Below, piece by piece: positions 36,449 to 46,131 of a stretch of DNA of 64,000 nucleotides. Under the pieces are notes generated by a model. That model searched no databases and was not told the origin of the DNA. It saw nothing but the letters and a program-made list of their open reading frames with translations. Numbering within the stretch: position 1 is the first letter of the stretch; each line of letters starts with the position of its first letter. The stretch comes from Rhodothermales bacterium (GTDB lineage: Bacteria > Bacteroidota > Rhodothermia > Rhodothermales > VXPQ01): NCBI GenBank assembly GCA_951812345.1, contig OX638295.1:2414965-2478964 (forward strand). The letters run 5' to 3'. The position numbers and the translations under genes are program-made.

Positions 36449-37954
36449 ATGCCTGCAAGCAAACAACATCCCGACAAAGACGGCAACCAACCGGTCCTCA
36501 TGTGGTTTCGCCGCGATCTGCGACTGACGGACAATCCCGCGCTGTCATGGGCAAGCCGAACCGCGCGACCGGTCATCCCGGTTTTTATTCTGGACGAAGA
36601 TTTCGGAAGCCGTCCTGTTGGGGGCGCATCCCGCTGGTGGCTGCACGGCAGCCTCTATGCCCTGCACGCTGCCCTGAGAAAGATGGGCAGTCGCCTCATC
36701 CTTCGCCGGGGACCTGCCGGGGCAGCAATTGCCGCACTGGCCCGCGAAACCCGCGCATCGTCGATCGTATGGAACCGGCTTTACGATCCCGCAATCATTC
36801 GGCAGGACACGGACATCGAGGCGCAATGCGAAGCAGCAGGAATGGCCACGCACTCTTTCAACGCCGCGCTGCTGTTCGAACCCTGGACCATCCGGACAGG
36901 CAACGGTTCGCCCTACCGGGTATTCACGCCGTTCTGGCGCCGGTGCCTCCAACAGGATTTTGCGTTTCCGGGGACCGAAAGGCCGGCGCTGGTCTCACCC
37001 GCATCATGGCCAGCCACCGAAGCGCTTGAAACCTGGAACCTGCGATGCCATGATCCGGACTGGGCGGCAGGCTTCCGGGAAGTGTGGCGGCCCGGAGAAG
37101 AAGGCGCCCGGCAACGGCTCGAAGGCTTCCTGCGTAACAGCGTCGGCACATATGCAATCAACCGAAACGAGCCGGGCGAGCAAGGCACGAGCAGGCTGTC
37201 GCCCCATCTGCATTTCGGCGAGATCGGACCGCGCCAGATCGTTGCTGCGCTTGATGAAATCGAACCGGGAGCGGGCAAAGACGCCTTTCTGCGCGAGATC
37301 GGCTGGCGGGAGTTCAGTCATCACTTGCTGTTTAACAACCCGGATATGGGAAGGGTCGATATGCGGCCGGAATTCGACCGCATGCCCTGGCGAAACGACC
37401 CGGTAGGCTTGCGGCGCTGGCAACGCGGGCTAACGGGATACCCGCTGGTCGATGCGGGAATGCGCGAGCTTTGGGCTGTCGGCTGGATGCACAACCGGGT
37501 CCGCATGATCGTCGCGTCGTTCCTGACGAAGCACCTGCTGATCGACTGGCGGCACGGCGCGGACTGGTTTTGGGATACCCTGGTCGATGCGGATTGGGCC
37601 AACAACAGCGCTGGCTGGCAATGGACTGCCGGCTGCGGCGTCGACGCCGCCCCGTATTTCCGGATATTCAATCCCGTGGCGCAGTCACAGCGTTTCGACG
37701 CTGCCGGGCAATACCTCCGGACCTGGGCGCCGGAACTCCGGCGACTGACCGACAAGGCAATCCATGCCCCGTGGCAGGCGCCGCAAGCCGTTCTGACCGA
37801 AGCCGGAATTCGACTCGGCGAGAATTACCCGCATCCCATCGTCGACCATGCCGAGGCGCGCCAGCGGGCACTGGACATCTATCGGACGCGTATCCGGGGC
37901 GCCCCGACCCATTCCTCGTACAGAAACAAAGGCCAATCAGGCGCAAGCACATGA
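36449..37954 (+). CDS. phr: Deoxyribodipyrimidine photolyase / cryptochrome family
   Basis: LMWFRRDLRLTDNPAL, GWREFSHHLL, TGYPLVDAGMRELWAVGWMHNRVRMIVASFL. Confidence 0.85.
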   Translation: MPASKQHPDKDGNQPVLMWFRRDLRLTDNPALSWASRTARPVIPVFILDEDFGSRPVGGASRWWLHGSLYALHAALRKMGSRLILRRGPAGAAIAALARETRASSIVWNRLYDPAIIRQDTDIEAQCEAAGMATHSFNAALLFEPWTIRTGNGSPYRVFTPFWRRCLQQDFAFPGTERPALVSPASWPATEALETWNLRCHDPDWAAGFREVWRPGEEGARQRLEGFLRNSVGTYAINRNEPGEQGTSRLSPHLHFGEIGPRQIVAALDEIEPGAGKDAFLREIGWREFSHHLLFNNPDMGRVDMRPEFDRMPWRNDPVGLRRWQRGLTGYPLVDAGMRELWAVGWMHNRVRMIVASFLTKHLLIDWRHGADWFWDTLVDADWANNSAGWQWTAGCGVDAAPYFRIFNPVAQSQRFDAAGQYLRTWAPELRRLTDKAIHAPWQAPQAVLTEAGIRLGENYPHPIVDHAEARQRALDIYRTRIRGAPTHSSYRNKGQSGAST

Positions 37955-38147
37955 CATTGACCTTTCATCCCGTTCAAGCGCATCATGTCGGCAAATTGCA
38001 GGCCATAAAAAAGCGCGGCAACCCCCGACTGTGCGAAAAAAGATCGCCAGCCCGGCACCCTTGCAACCACCGGTTTCTGCAGAACGTATCCGAAGAATCG
38101 TCGAATCGGCCTTGCGCTGCAAAGCATCCGCAAAGTCGCCCGGCATA

Positions 38148-39617
38148 TCAGGTATGAAACGATTTCCGTTCCGTAAGCGTGACAGGAAGACCTTGCTTGA
38201 ACGCGTAGAATCCCAACGTTCTGACTTCAGGGAATTCTTTGGAGACGGGATCGATCCGCCAACGTTGGCCGATTACTGCAAGAGCGAAAACCACTTGCAA
38301 CTTGGCGAATCCCATACCAATACAATTACGGGTGCCCCCACCGAACGGAACATACGCGTACTTGGGACGCTCCAGAGATTGTTTCTCCAGCCACCGCTCC
38401 GGTTTGAATTTCAGGGGTTCGGGCCAATACTTTTCATCCCTCTGAGGCGCCCGCCAGAAGGGTTGCACAATCGTTCCCTTCGGGATGAAATAATCTCCGA
38501 TCGTGCAATCTTCAATCGCTTCTCTACCAACAACGTACGTTGGAGGAGTAATGCGTAGCGTTTCACTTAATACGGCTCGCGTATAAAGGAGGTCATTATA
38601 ATCCTCAGGCGACGGTATGCGCCCTCCTAATACCTCGTCAATTTCCTGCTCCATTCTAACGCGTACGTCTGGATTCAGGCCCAGATAAAAGAAACACCAT
38701 GCCATGGCATTTGCCGATGTTTCATGACTGGCCAAAATCTGGATACACGTTTCGTCCCTTACCTCCTCATAGCTCAAGGGGCGTTCTATCCCGTCCTCGT
38801 CGGTAGCGTGAACCAGGGAAGATATGAGATCAACGCGCTTCTCATCGCGGCGGGCTTTGTCCACCATCTGATAAATCAGGCGATCCAGGGCCTCATGCGT
38901 ATTCTTTCTAAAACGATTGTTGCGTAAGGGTAATTTGGCTATCAGGCTAGCCATGGGCAGCATGGTTAGTTTCATGCTCCAGGTCAATGTATACAAAACA
39001 TCTTCAATGAGAGAGGACGAAATGTGCATATCCCTTCCAAAAAACACTGGAGATGCAATGTTCAGCGTCAGTTTACGCGTAACGGCGGTCATATCGAACG
39101 CCTCCCCTTCCTTCCAGTCCTCCTGCAACTTGACGGTTGCTTCAATCATTATTTTGGCATATTCGTCGAGATTTTTTCTCTTGAAGCACGGTTGGATGAG
39201 TTTGCGCAGTCTCCTGTGATCGTCCCCGTCTCCTGTCAGCGTGGTGGGGTTATGTACAATCAGGGTTTTCTTGAAAGCCGGGCCCTTATGGAACGAATCT
39301 CGTTTGGTAACAAGGACCTGTTCGATCAACTCAGGCGAGTATACAACACAGAACCTGCGATTCAGAAGCCTGAAATAAACGGCGTCTCCATATTGTTCGT
39401 GCATCGCCTCGAAGAATCCGGCGGCGTCGCGGATTCGCTGCTGGAAGAGTTTTATTCCCAAGCCTGCTTTCGGACCGGGGGGGAGTTTTTTTATTTCTTG
39501 GGCATTTACCAAAACAATAATTCCTGATTCAGTTTGATCGGGGAGAAATATTTTTGTGATTCGTAAACAGAAAGTCCCCTTCCATGTCGGCTGCATACCC
39601 GCGGGCGGCCTCTCCAT
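38148..39617 (-). CDS. Cytochrome P450
   Basis: Heme loop FGGGTRNCIGMGFA, ExxR (ETLR), N-terminal KKLPPGP; true start uncertain (ATG 39617 or 39596, or TTG 39512; the 39480..39560 stretch is AT-rich and may be non-coding). Confidence 0.8.
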   Translation of the reverse strand: MERPPAGMQPTWKGTFCLRITKIFLPDQTESGIIVLVNAQEIKKLPPGPKAGLGIKLFQQRIRDAAGFFEAMHEQYGDAVYFRLLNRRFCVVYSPELIEQVLVTKRDSFHKGPAFKKTLIVHNPTTLTGDGDDHRRLRKLIQPCFKRKNLDEYAKIMIEATVKLQEDWKEGEAFDMTAVTRKLTLNIASPVFFGRDMHISSSLIEDVLYTLTWSMKLTMLPMASLIAKLPLRNNRFRKNTHEALDRLIYQMVDKARRDEKRVDLISSLVHATDEDGIERPLSYEEVRDETCIQILASHETSANAMAWCFFYLGLNPDVRVRMEQEIDEVLGGRIPSPEDYNDLLYTRAVLSETLRITPPTYVVGREAIEDCTIGDYFIPKGTIVQPFWRAPQRDEKYWPEPLKFKPERWLEKQSLERPKYAYVPFGGGTRNCIGMGFAKLQVVFALAVIGQRWRIDPVSKEFPEVRTLGFYAFKQGLPVTLTERKSFHT

Positions 39618-39666
39618 CAAAAAAGTACACCATTCCGAGTGTTTTACCAAACCTCGACAGCACGAC

Positions 39667-40548
39667 CTATCCCACCCCGTACAGCCTCGCCGCATTACCC
39701 CAAAAAATCTGCTCTTTCACTTCGGGGTCGAGATCGAGCCCCGCTATTTTCCAGTATTCGGCGGGGAAATATCCCCATGGCGAATCGGTGGCGAACAGGA
39801 TCCGCCCGAAACCCAGATTGCGCCGGTCCAGCTCGCTCAGCAGCCATCTCGGCGCAAAGCCCGGTACGATAGACGTATCCGTGTACACATCGAAGCCCTG
39901 CTCGATCCAGTCCGGAAAACGCGGCACGAACTTGAACGCCGGCGCAATGGCCTCCCCGCAGTGCACCAACTGGTAGGTGGCCCGGTTCCCGTACCGTTGC
40001 ATGAAAAGCTCGAATTCCAGGGGATCCGCGCCGGACAAGTACCCCGTGTGAAAATGAATGACCAGCCCATGGCCGCCGGCGGCCTCAAGGATACACTCCA
40101 TATTGCGTTGCACAGACCGATCCCAACCGGATGGATCGATGCCGTAGGGCGCCCAGGTATTCGATGCGATCTTGAGCGCACGCACCTTGGGGTGCGGGAG
40201 ACGGGCCAGGGTAGCATGGAGCAGCGATTCGACCTGCGGGAGCGGGGAAACCCATAACCCGCCGTACAGATTCTCATGCCGCTCCACGGCCTCAATGAGC
40301 AGCGCGTTGTATTCGAACGCCGCTTCCTGACGGTCAAGATAGGTCGGCACGATGACCCCCGCCTGGATACCGTGCCGGTCGAGATACGCCGCACAATCGG
40401 CGCCCGAAGCATGATCGAGGGTTTCGGGAATGGGCGCGATGCGGCGCCCGGCGAATGCCTGCGTTCCGTAGGGACCGATATGAAAATGCGTGTCGAACAC
40501 CGGATGGGCGCCATCCGGAACACCCGATCCGGACGCAGGGCCGGTCAT
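39667..40548 (-). CDS. Amidohydrolase-2 (metal-dependent hydrolase/decarboxylase) family protein
   Basis: Start taken at MTGPASGSG; HxH metal motif VFDTHFHIGPYG; ATG shares one base with the upstream stop (TGATG). Confidence 0.7.
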   Translation of the reverse strand: MTGPASGSGVPDGAHPVFDTHFHIGPYGTQAFAGRRIAPIPETLDHASGADCAAYLDRHGIQAGVIVPTYLDRQEAAFEYNALLIEAVERHENLYGGLWVSPLPQVESLLHATLARLPHPKVRALKIASNTWAPYGIDPSGWDRSVQRNMECILEAAGGHGLVIHFHTGYLSGADPLEFELFMQRYGNRATYQLVHCGEAIAPAFKFVPRFPDWIEQGFDVYTDTSIVPGFAPRWLLSELDRRNLGFGRILFATDSPWGYFPAEYWKIAGLDLDPEVKEQIFWGNAARLYGVG

Positions 40549-40688
40549 CAATCTTCCAGCTGCTTCGTAAAGTGCTTGTAGAGCAGCCACGTAACGGCGA
40601 AGGCTACGATAAAAATCGCGCCGGGAATCACAACGCCCACCCACGTGATCTGCGGTGTGGCGGCTTGCATGAGCAGAGACAAGGACAT
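40548..40688 (-). CDS. 46-aa single-TM peptide (hypothetical)
   Basis: MSLSLLMQAATPQITWVGVVIPGAIFIVAFAVTWLLYKHFTKQLED; the ORF-track entry 40548..40862 is a 5' over-extension. Confidence 0.4.
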   Translation of the reverse strand: MSLSLLMQAATPQITWVGVVIPGAIFIVAFAVTWLLYKHFTKQLED

Positions 40689-40693
40689 GGCAG

Positions 40694-40801
40694 TCACTTC
40701 TTGTGATGCTTGCGCCAGGAACGCCACGCCAGCAGCAGCCCCAGCAGCGAGGCCGCGTACGCAATGGTCATTCCGATAACCGTAGTCAGACTTTCCGTCA
40801 T
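40694..40801 (-). CDS. 35-aa single-TM peptide (hypothetical; below ORF-track size cut-off)
   Basis: Manual translation MTESLTTVIGMTIAYAASLLGLLLAWRSWRKHHKK*; its ATG overlaps the TGA of the upstream 102-aa gene (ATGA at 40798..40801). Confidence 0.4.
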   Translation of the reverse strand: MTESLTTVIGMTIAYAASLLGLLLAWRSWRKHHKK

Positions 40802-41106
40802 GGCGCAGCCTGTTCGTGTTGTTTCCAGCGGACGGCATCTTCCAGTTCGCGCAGGTACTCATGCTGGTTCTTCTCGTACTCCTCCGAAATGGCCTTCAGC
40901 TTCGGATCGATGATCCAGTGCATCCATACGACGAGAACTATGCTGACGGCAGTGATCGCGAACCCTTCCCAAATCAAGAGAAAGGACAAGGCCACGCCCA
41001 GGGTCAGCGCAAAGTAGCATATCGGCGAGAGAACGATGACGAACCAGTCTTCCCTGGTCCATTTGTCGGCTTCTGCAGCCGTCCATGTACGTCGAATGAG
41101 GGGCAT
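40798..41106 (-). CDS. Small two-TM membrane protein (102 aa)
   Basis: WFVIVLSPICYFALTLGVALSFLLIWEGFAITAVSIVLVVWMHWII; follows the SSS transporter gene. Confidence 0.5.
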   Translation of the reverse strand: MPLIRRTWTAAEADKWTREDWFVIVLSPICYFALTLGVALSFLLIWEGFAITAVSIVLVVWMHWIIDPKLKAISEEYEKNQHEYLRELEDAVRWKQHEQAAP

Positions 41107-41136
41107 GATGCAACGAGAAGGTTAGCGGTCAGTATC

Positions 41137-42738
41137 TCAAACAACCTTGGGAGGTTTGGGGGAGTCCTCTTGAATCAGCCCGCGCCGCTCGGCTTCGCGG
41201 CGGACCGGCCCCCACCATCCGAGGGGCCGCGCCTGCACATAGTACTTGACGAGATGATCCATGCTTTCCGGCTTCGTCAAAAACGTGGTGGGAATGAACA
41301 CGCAGGCGCCCAGCAGCATGAGCAACCAGAACTGCTGGTAATCGGCCAGGTCCGGAATCACGCCGAACTCGGGCAATACCCACACCACCAGCCAGCTGAA
41401 GCCCAGGTTGGCGATCCAGGCCGACAAATATCCCCATGCATTGAACCGCCACCACACCACCTGGAGGATGTTCGGCAACCATATCCCGGCGGTCATGATC
41501 CAGAGCGCAAAAATGAGCCACTCCGTAATGTTCTCCATCATCAGTCCGTACACGAACGAGCCGAGAAGCAGAATCAGCGTGGACCAGCGCCCCACCCACA
41601 CCAACGTACGTTCGGACGCCTCGGGATTCCAGTAGTGCTGGTACAGATCGCGGGTAGCGTATAACGCACCGAGGTTCAGGTGCGACGAAATGGTCGAGAG
41701 ATGGATGGCGAGGATGGCGGCAAAAAAGAACCCTACCATACCCACCGGCAGATAGTCGAAGCCCAGCCGAAACCATCCCATCTCATACTCGGACGTTTCG
41801 GTCATGCCCGGAAAAAGCACGAAAAAGCCGAGAATGGCTATGGCCCATACCGAATTGCGCACCAGACCGATCAGCGTCCCCCACCAGATGCTGTAGGTGG
41901 AATCGCGTACGGTGCGCGCCGACTGGATACGCTGCGCCTCGGGATACCAGTCGATACTCGTCCCCATACCGAATCCCCCGAGAATGGCGATCACCATCAT
42001 CGTGACGAACCAGGCAGCGGGAAATTCTCCGGTCCACCACCCGGTGAACGCAAACGGATTCATACGGTCCGTCTCGCCCAGTATCATGAGTTTTTCGACA
42101 ATACCCGTTGGACCGCCCGCCACCATGATCCCCCAGATCGACACGATCATGATGACCAGAAAGGCGATGACTCCCTGTTGAAAATCGGCCATGACGACGC
42201 CCCAGTACCCCGCCGCCAGGACATAAATGGCGCACCCGGACGAGAACGACACGAGCCCCACCCACAGCGGCCAGCCGAACAGGAAGGCGCACACCTTGCC
42301 CATCGCAATGCCCACCCAGCCCAGCACGAACATGTTCATGAAGACCTGCCATCCGGCCATCCAGCCGCGCAGCATTTCCGCGCCGAGGCCGGTGAACCGC
42401 ACCACGTTCCATTCAGCCTGGGTGTAGGCCAGCGACCGGCGGAAAATGCGCGTCGAAACAAAGGCGCTGATAGCGGCCCATGCCGAGAAGAAGGTGTACC
42501 AGATACCTGCCAGCCCGTATTTGTAGATGACCCCCGTAATCCACATGGGGGTGTCGGTGGCTGTGTGGGTGGCATACACCGAAGAGGCGGGCAACCACCA
42601 GGGCAACCCCCGCCCCGCCAGGAAGAAATCAGACTGGGAACGCTTGCCGAGACGGTAGAACAGCACGCCGCTGCCAATCATCAGCAGCAGAAACGCCGCC
42701 ACCCAGAGCCAGTCGAGCCAGGTAAAGAGGACGTTCAT
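41137..42738 (-). CDS. Sodium:solute symporter (SSS family)
   Basis: 533 aa, about 13 TM helices, DFFLAGRGLPWW N-terminal signature. Confidence 0.8.
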   Translation of the reverse strand: MNVLFTWLDWLWVAAFLLLMIGSGVLFYRLGKRSQSDFFLAGRGLPWWLPASSVYATHTATDTPMWITGVIYKYGLAGIWYTFFSAWAAISAFVSTRIFRRSLAYTQAEWNVVRFTGLGAEMLRGWMAGWQVFMNMFVLGWVGIAMGKVCAFLFGWPLWVGLVSFSSGCAIYVLAAGYWGVVMADFQQGVIAFLVIMIVSIWGIMVAGGPTGIVEKLMILGETDRMNPFAFTGWWTGEFPAAWFVTMMVIAILGGFGMGTSIDWYPEAQRIQSARTVRDSTYSIWWGTLIGLVRNSVWAIAILGFFVLFPGMTETSEYEMGWFRLGFDYLPVGMVGFFFAAILAIHLSTISSHLNLGALYATRDLYQHYWNPEASERTLVWVGRWSTLILLLGSFVYGLMMENITEWLIFALWIMTAGIWLPNILQVVWWRFNAWGYLSAWIANLGFSWLVVWVLPEFGVIPDLADYQQFWLLMLLGACVFIPTTFLTKPESMDHLVKYYVQARPLGWWGPVRREAERRGLIQEDSPKPPKVV

Positions 42739-42850
42739 TAAGACCGGAAAAAAACTGCGAAACGGCGAAGCGCTTCCACGATACGCCCTTTCATGGGCAA
42801 AGGCAAGGCCCGCCCGAAATTACGGGCGGGATAGCAACGCACCTGCGTCG

Positions 42851-44053
42851 TCAGGATTGCCAGACAGGTTGTTCGTCCAGCAGGCGCAGACACAGCCACA
42901 AGGCGCGGGGCACATGGAAACACCCCTTGTACGGGGCGCCCTTGAATCGGTGCGTCACGGCGCCCTGCCGGTCCAGATACCCGAACCATTCCCCGTATTC
43001 AGGATCGGCGAACCGCTCGAAACTATACCGATCGACAGCCTCGAAAGCGGCAAGGTCACCGGCATCGCCGGTCAGAAAATAATCCAGGAGATGAGCGTAG
43101 AGCGCCTCGCAATGCGGCCACCACAACTTCATGGACCATTCGAGCGGAACGGGAGAATACCCTTCCGCATCCACAAAATAGAACAGCCCCTCGTGCTCCT
43201 TGTCCCAGCCGTTTTCGAAAGACCAGCGCACCATATCGAGGGCCTGCTGCTGCACATCCGGGAGGCCCAATCGCTGCGCCCAGTGCTGCAAAAACCACCC
43301 TGCCTCGATGGCATGCCCCGGCGTCATCAAACGGCCTTCCGGGCCGTTCAGGCAACTGCCATCCGGGGCCACGATCTCGTACACACGCTGCGTATCGGCA
43401 TGTACATGCAGAGCCGTTCGGCGGATACAGTCATCCACCTCGGCTCGGCACGTTCCGAAATCGTCGCCGGCCACTTCCTCGATCAGGTTAAGCATCAGCA
43501 TCGGCACAGCCAGCGCTTGCGAAGGAACTTGCCCCTCGTGGGTCGGGCGATCCACCTTCGTCCAGTCCCAGGCCCATTCCCACATCGTTTCGAGCAATTC
43601 ATACGCCTCGCGAAGGAGTTCCGGCTCTTCTGCCGCCCGGGCATATTCCGCAAGGGCCATGATGTAAAAACACTCCGTGAATATCTTGCGCTGGAGATAC
43701 ACGGGTCGGCCATCCGCCGTCACCGAAAAACAGACCCTGTCGTCCGGCCGTACGGCATGCTTGCGCATGAAGTCCATGCCGCTGCGAGCCATGGCAAGCC
43801 AGGAAGGTCTGGCCTCGATCATGCGATAGAATTTGCTGAACATCCATACCAGGCGCCCCTGCATCCACAGGTGCTTGGTCGTGTCGTATACGGTCCCGTC
43901 CCGGTCCAGATTGTTGAAATGGCCGCCGTGTTCGGGGTCCGGGGCATGGCGTTCCCAGAACGGGATCACGCGTTCGAACAGTTCGTGCTCGTACCGGTCG
44001 CGGTAACGGGTACGGAGCGCGGCGAAATCGGCGCCAGAATGGGCGGAGGACAT
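42851..44053 (-). CDS. AGE-family epimerase/isomerase (N-acylglucosamine 2-epimerase-like)
   Basis: Start at MSSAHSGADFAAL; (alpha/alpha)6-barrel family pattern ELFERVIPFWERH...LWMQGRLVWMFS...HAIEAGWFLQHW...KLWWPHCEALYA. Confidence 0.75.
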   Translation of the reverse strand: MSSAHSGADFAALRTRYRDRYEHELFERVIPFWERHAPDPEHGGHFNNLDRDGTVYDTTKHLWMQGRLVWMFSKFYRMIEARPSWLAMARSGMDFMRKHAVRPDDRVCFSVTADGRPVYLQRKIFTECFYIMALAEYARAAEEPELLREAYELLETMWEWAWDWTKVDRPTHEGQVPSQALAVPMLMLNLIEEVAGDDFGTCRAEVDDCIRRTALHVHADTQRVYEIVAPDGSCLNGPEGRLMTPGHAIEAGWFLQHWAQRLGLPDVQQQALDMVRWSFENGWDKEHEGLFYFVDAEGYSPVPLEWSMKLWWPHCEALYAHLLDYFLTGDAGDLAAFEAVDRYSFERFADPEYGEWFGYLDRQGAVTHRFKGAPYKGCFHVPRALWLCLRLLDEQPVWQS

Positions 44054-44245
44054 GTTGCAGGCTATCGTTTCAGGGAGTATGCAGTGCGGAACGGGGTTCC
44101 AAAATCGCATTCGGAAGATACGGACCTGCCCGGAAACCGGAAACAAGGCCCTCGGAGTCGCAAAACCGCGTCGCAGATCGAACGTTTCGATGCATCGTGG
44201 CGTATTTTCAAGCGCATTCGGCCGCACGAACCGCTACGCAGTACG

Positions 44246-44908
44246 ATGCCCGACCCTTTCCGGCCATCCGGTCCACTCCCGCAACCGCTCCTTTCATTCC
44301 CGGCGCGCTGTGCCACGGCAGCCCCCGCACTCCTTGTGGCGCTCGCTATAATCGGTGTGTGCACATCTGCCCGCCCAGGTAGTGCGCAACCACTCAACCG
44401 GGTCCTGTTCGAAGAAATGGCGGTGGATTGCCTCGGAACGCTTCCCGAAACGGAAGGCGACCTGATCCTGCACGCTCCCGAGGAAATGCCGTACGTCCGT
44501 GCCGTCCTTGTAGCCGCATGGCAAGCCGATGGGCGCACGATATTTCTCCCGGACTCGACAAAGGCCGGCCTTCGAATTGCCTACGCCATCGAAGAAACCG
44601 GCGTACGCTACGAAAAAAGACGCCGGAAACAACTTGCCCGCGAAGTGCGCCTCGTACTCCGCTACGACATCGCGGACCAGGACGGCCGCGTAATTGCCGA
44701 CGAACGCTGCGCCCTCGTGCGGTCGGACGTCATCACACGTGCGCAACGCGCCGCCGTGGAAACCGAAGCCTGGCCCGAAACACAGGGTGCGCCTCCGCGC
44801 AGGAGCCGGGTCCGTCGTATGCTGGAACCTGTCGTCCTGACCGCGGCCATGACCGTCACGGCCTGGCTGTTTTTCTCGCTCCGTTCTTCCGGAGAAGATT
44901 CTTCATGA
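44246..44908 (+). CDS. Hypothetical secreted or membrane-anchored protein (220 aa)
   Basis: C-terminal 220 codons of ORF 42857..44908 (the rest is an antisense shadow of the AGE gene); signal-like APALLVALAIIGVCTSA and C-terminal TM VVLTAAMTVTAWLFF; stop overlaps the next ATG. Confidence 0.45.
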   Translation: MPDPFRPSGPLPQPLLSFPARCATAAPALLVALAIIGVCTSARPGSAQPLNRVLFEEMAVDCLGTLPETEGDLILHAPEEMPYVRAVLVAAWQADGRTIFLPDSTKAGLRIAYAIEETGVRYEKRRRKQLAREVRLVLRYDIADQDGRVIADERCALVRSDVITRAQRAAVETEAWPETQGAPPRRSRVRRMLEPVVLTAAMTVTAWLFFSLRSSGEDSS

Positions 44909-46131
44909 GCGCCCGCATCAAGGCATGGCGGCGCATCCCTGTAAAGCGATGCACACCGACCGGACAGCGCATGAGGCAGGGGACGCGATGGGCTGCCCCG
45001 CTATGGTGCGCTACGCTGTGGGCCGCCTGCGCCACCCCCCTTCCGCCCGGGGGAGGCCCACCGGACGATACCCCGCCCCACATTGTTGAGAGTATCCCCG
45101 CCGCCGGCGCAACGAACGTATCCGAGGCTTCCCTCCGCATCGTCTTTTCCGAATACATCAACGAGGGCTCCCTCCGAAGAGCCCTGTCCATCATCCCGGA
45201 ACCGGAAACGCCCCCGGAACTGGATTGGCGAGGCCCCCGCGTCGATATCCGGCTTGCCGGACCATTGCGAGACAGCACCACCTACGTTTTTACCCTCGAT
45301 ACCGGTTTGCGGGACGTGCGCGGCGTCGCGCTTACCGCACCCCTTGTCCTTGCTTTTTCGACGGGGCCGACCCTGAACGCCGGCATCCTCGCCGGACGTG
45401 TGGTACAAGGCCACGACGGCTCCCCCGCCCCCGGCGTAGACGTGCTGGCGTATGCAGCGCACGACGGCGCTCCGCCTGACTCCCTGCCCGCTCGTCCGGC
45501 GTACCGCACCCAAACCGATTCCGACGGGGTATTCCGGTTCGAATATATGACGGAGCGGCACTGGTTCGTGGCAGCGCTCGAAGATGCAAATTACAATACC
45601 CGCCCCGATCCGGGAGAATCCTTTGCGCCACCGCCGCTCCCCGCGCTGCTCGCGGATACATCACGGGCGTCGCTGGAAATCCCCTGGATGCTGACCCGGA
45701 TCGACACCATGCGCGCCGATTCCCTGCGTGTGCCTGCAGCCGATCCGGAAACGGAAGACGATACCGCCCCCGAACCCGGTCCCCTCGAAGAAACCGGAGA
45801 AATCCAGGGCATTGTCGTATCCGGCGAGCCGCACCCTGTCGTCGTCGAAACCTGGCCGGACACCCTGGATGTCCAGGATGCAGCCCCGCCCTATCGGGCC
45901 ACCGCGGACTCTGCCGGCTTCTTTCTATTGCCGCGGTTGCCCGCCGGGACGTACCAGCTCCGCGCCTGGCTTGACCGGAACGAAAACGATCAATGGGACA
46001 AGGGCACGCTGATTCCGTACCGCTCGCCGGAACCGGCGTATTTTCCGGCGGAACCGGTACGCGTCCGCGCCCGATGGGAAACAACCTTGCCGGACACGCT
46101 TCGTATTCCAGCGGCTGTTTCCATTCCATGA
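44905..46131 (+). CDS. Ig-like (SbsA_Ig/Big_5-type) domain lipoprotein
   Basis: Lipobox LWAAC; PPHIVESIPAAGATNVSEASLRIVFSEYI Ig-like N-domain; start at 44905 (ATGA coupling) or 44971. Confidence 0.55.
   Translation: MSARIKAWRRIPVKRCTPTGQRMRQGTRWAAPLWCATLWAACATPLPPGGGPPDDTPPHIVESIPAAGATNVSEASLRIVFSEYINEGSLRRALSIIPEPETPPELDWRGPRVDIRLAGPLRDSTTYVFTLDTGLRDVRGVALTAPLVLAFSTGPTLNAGILAGRVVQGHDGSPAPGVDVLAYAAHDGAPPDSLPARPAYRTQTDSDGVFRFEYMTERHWFVAALEDANYNTRPDPGESFAPPPLPALLADTSRASLEIPWMLTRIDTMRADSLRVPAADPETEDDTAPEPGPLEETGEIQGIVVSGEPHPVVVETWPDTLDVQDAAPPYRATADSAGFFLLPRLPAGTYQLRAWLDRNENDQWDKGTLIPYRSPEPAYFPAEPVRVRARWETTLPDTLRIPAAVSIP

Noticed and set aside
42857-44245. N-terminal ~460 codons of the 683-aa ORF 42857..44908
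   Set aside because: This part is an antisense shadow of the AGE-family gene. Only the last 220 codons (from ATG 44246) look like a real gene.
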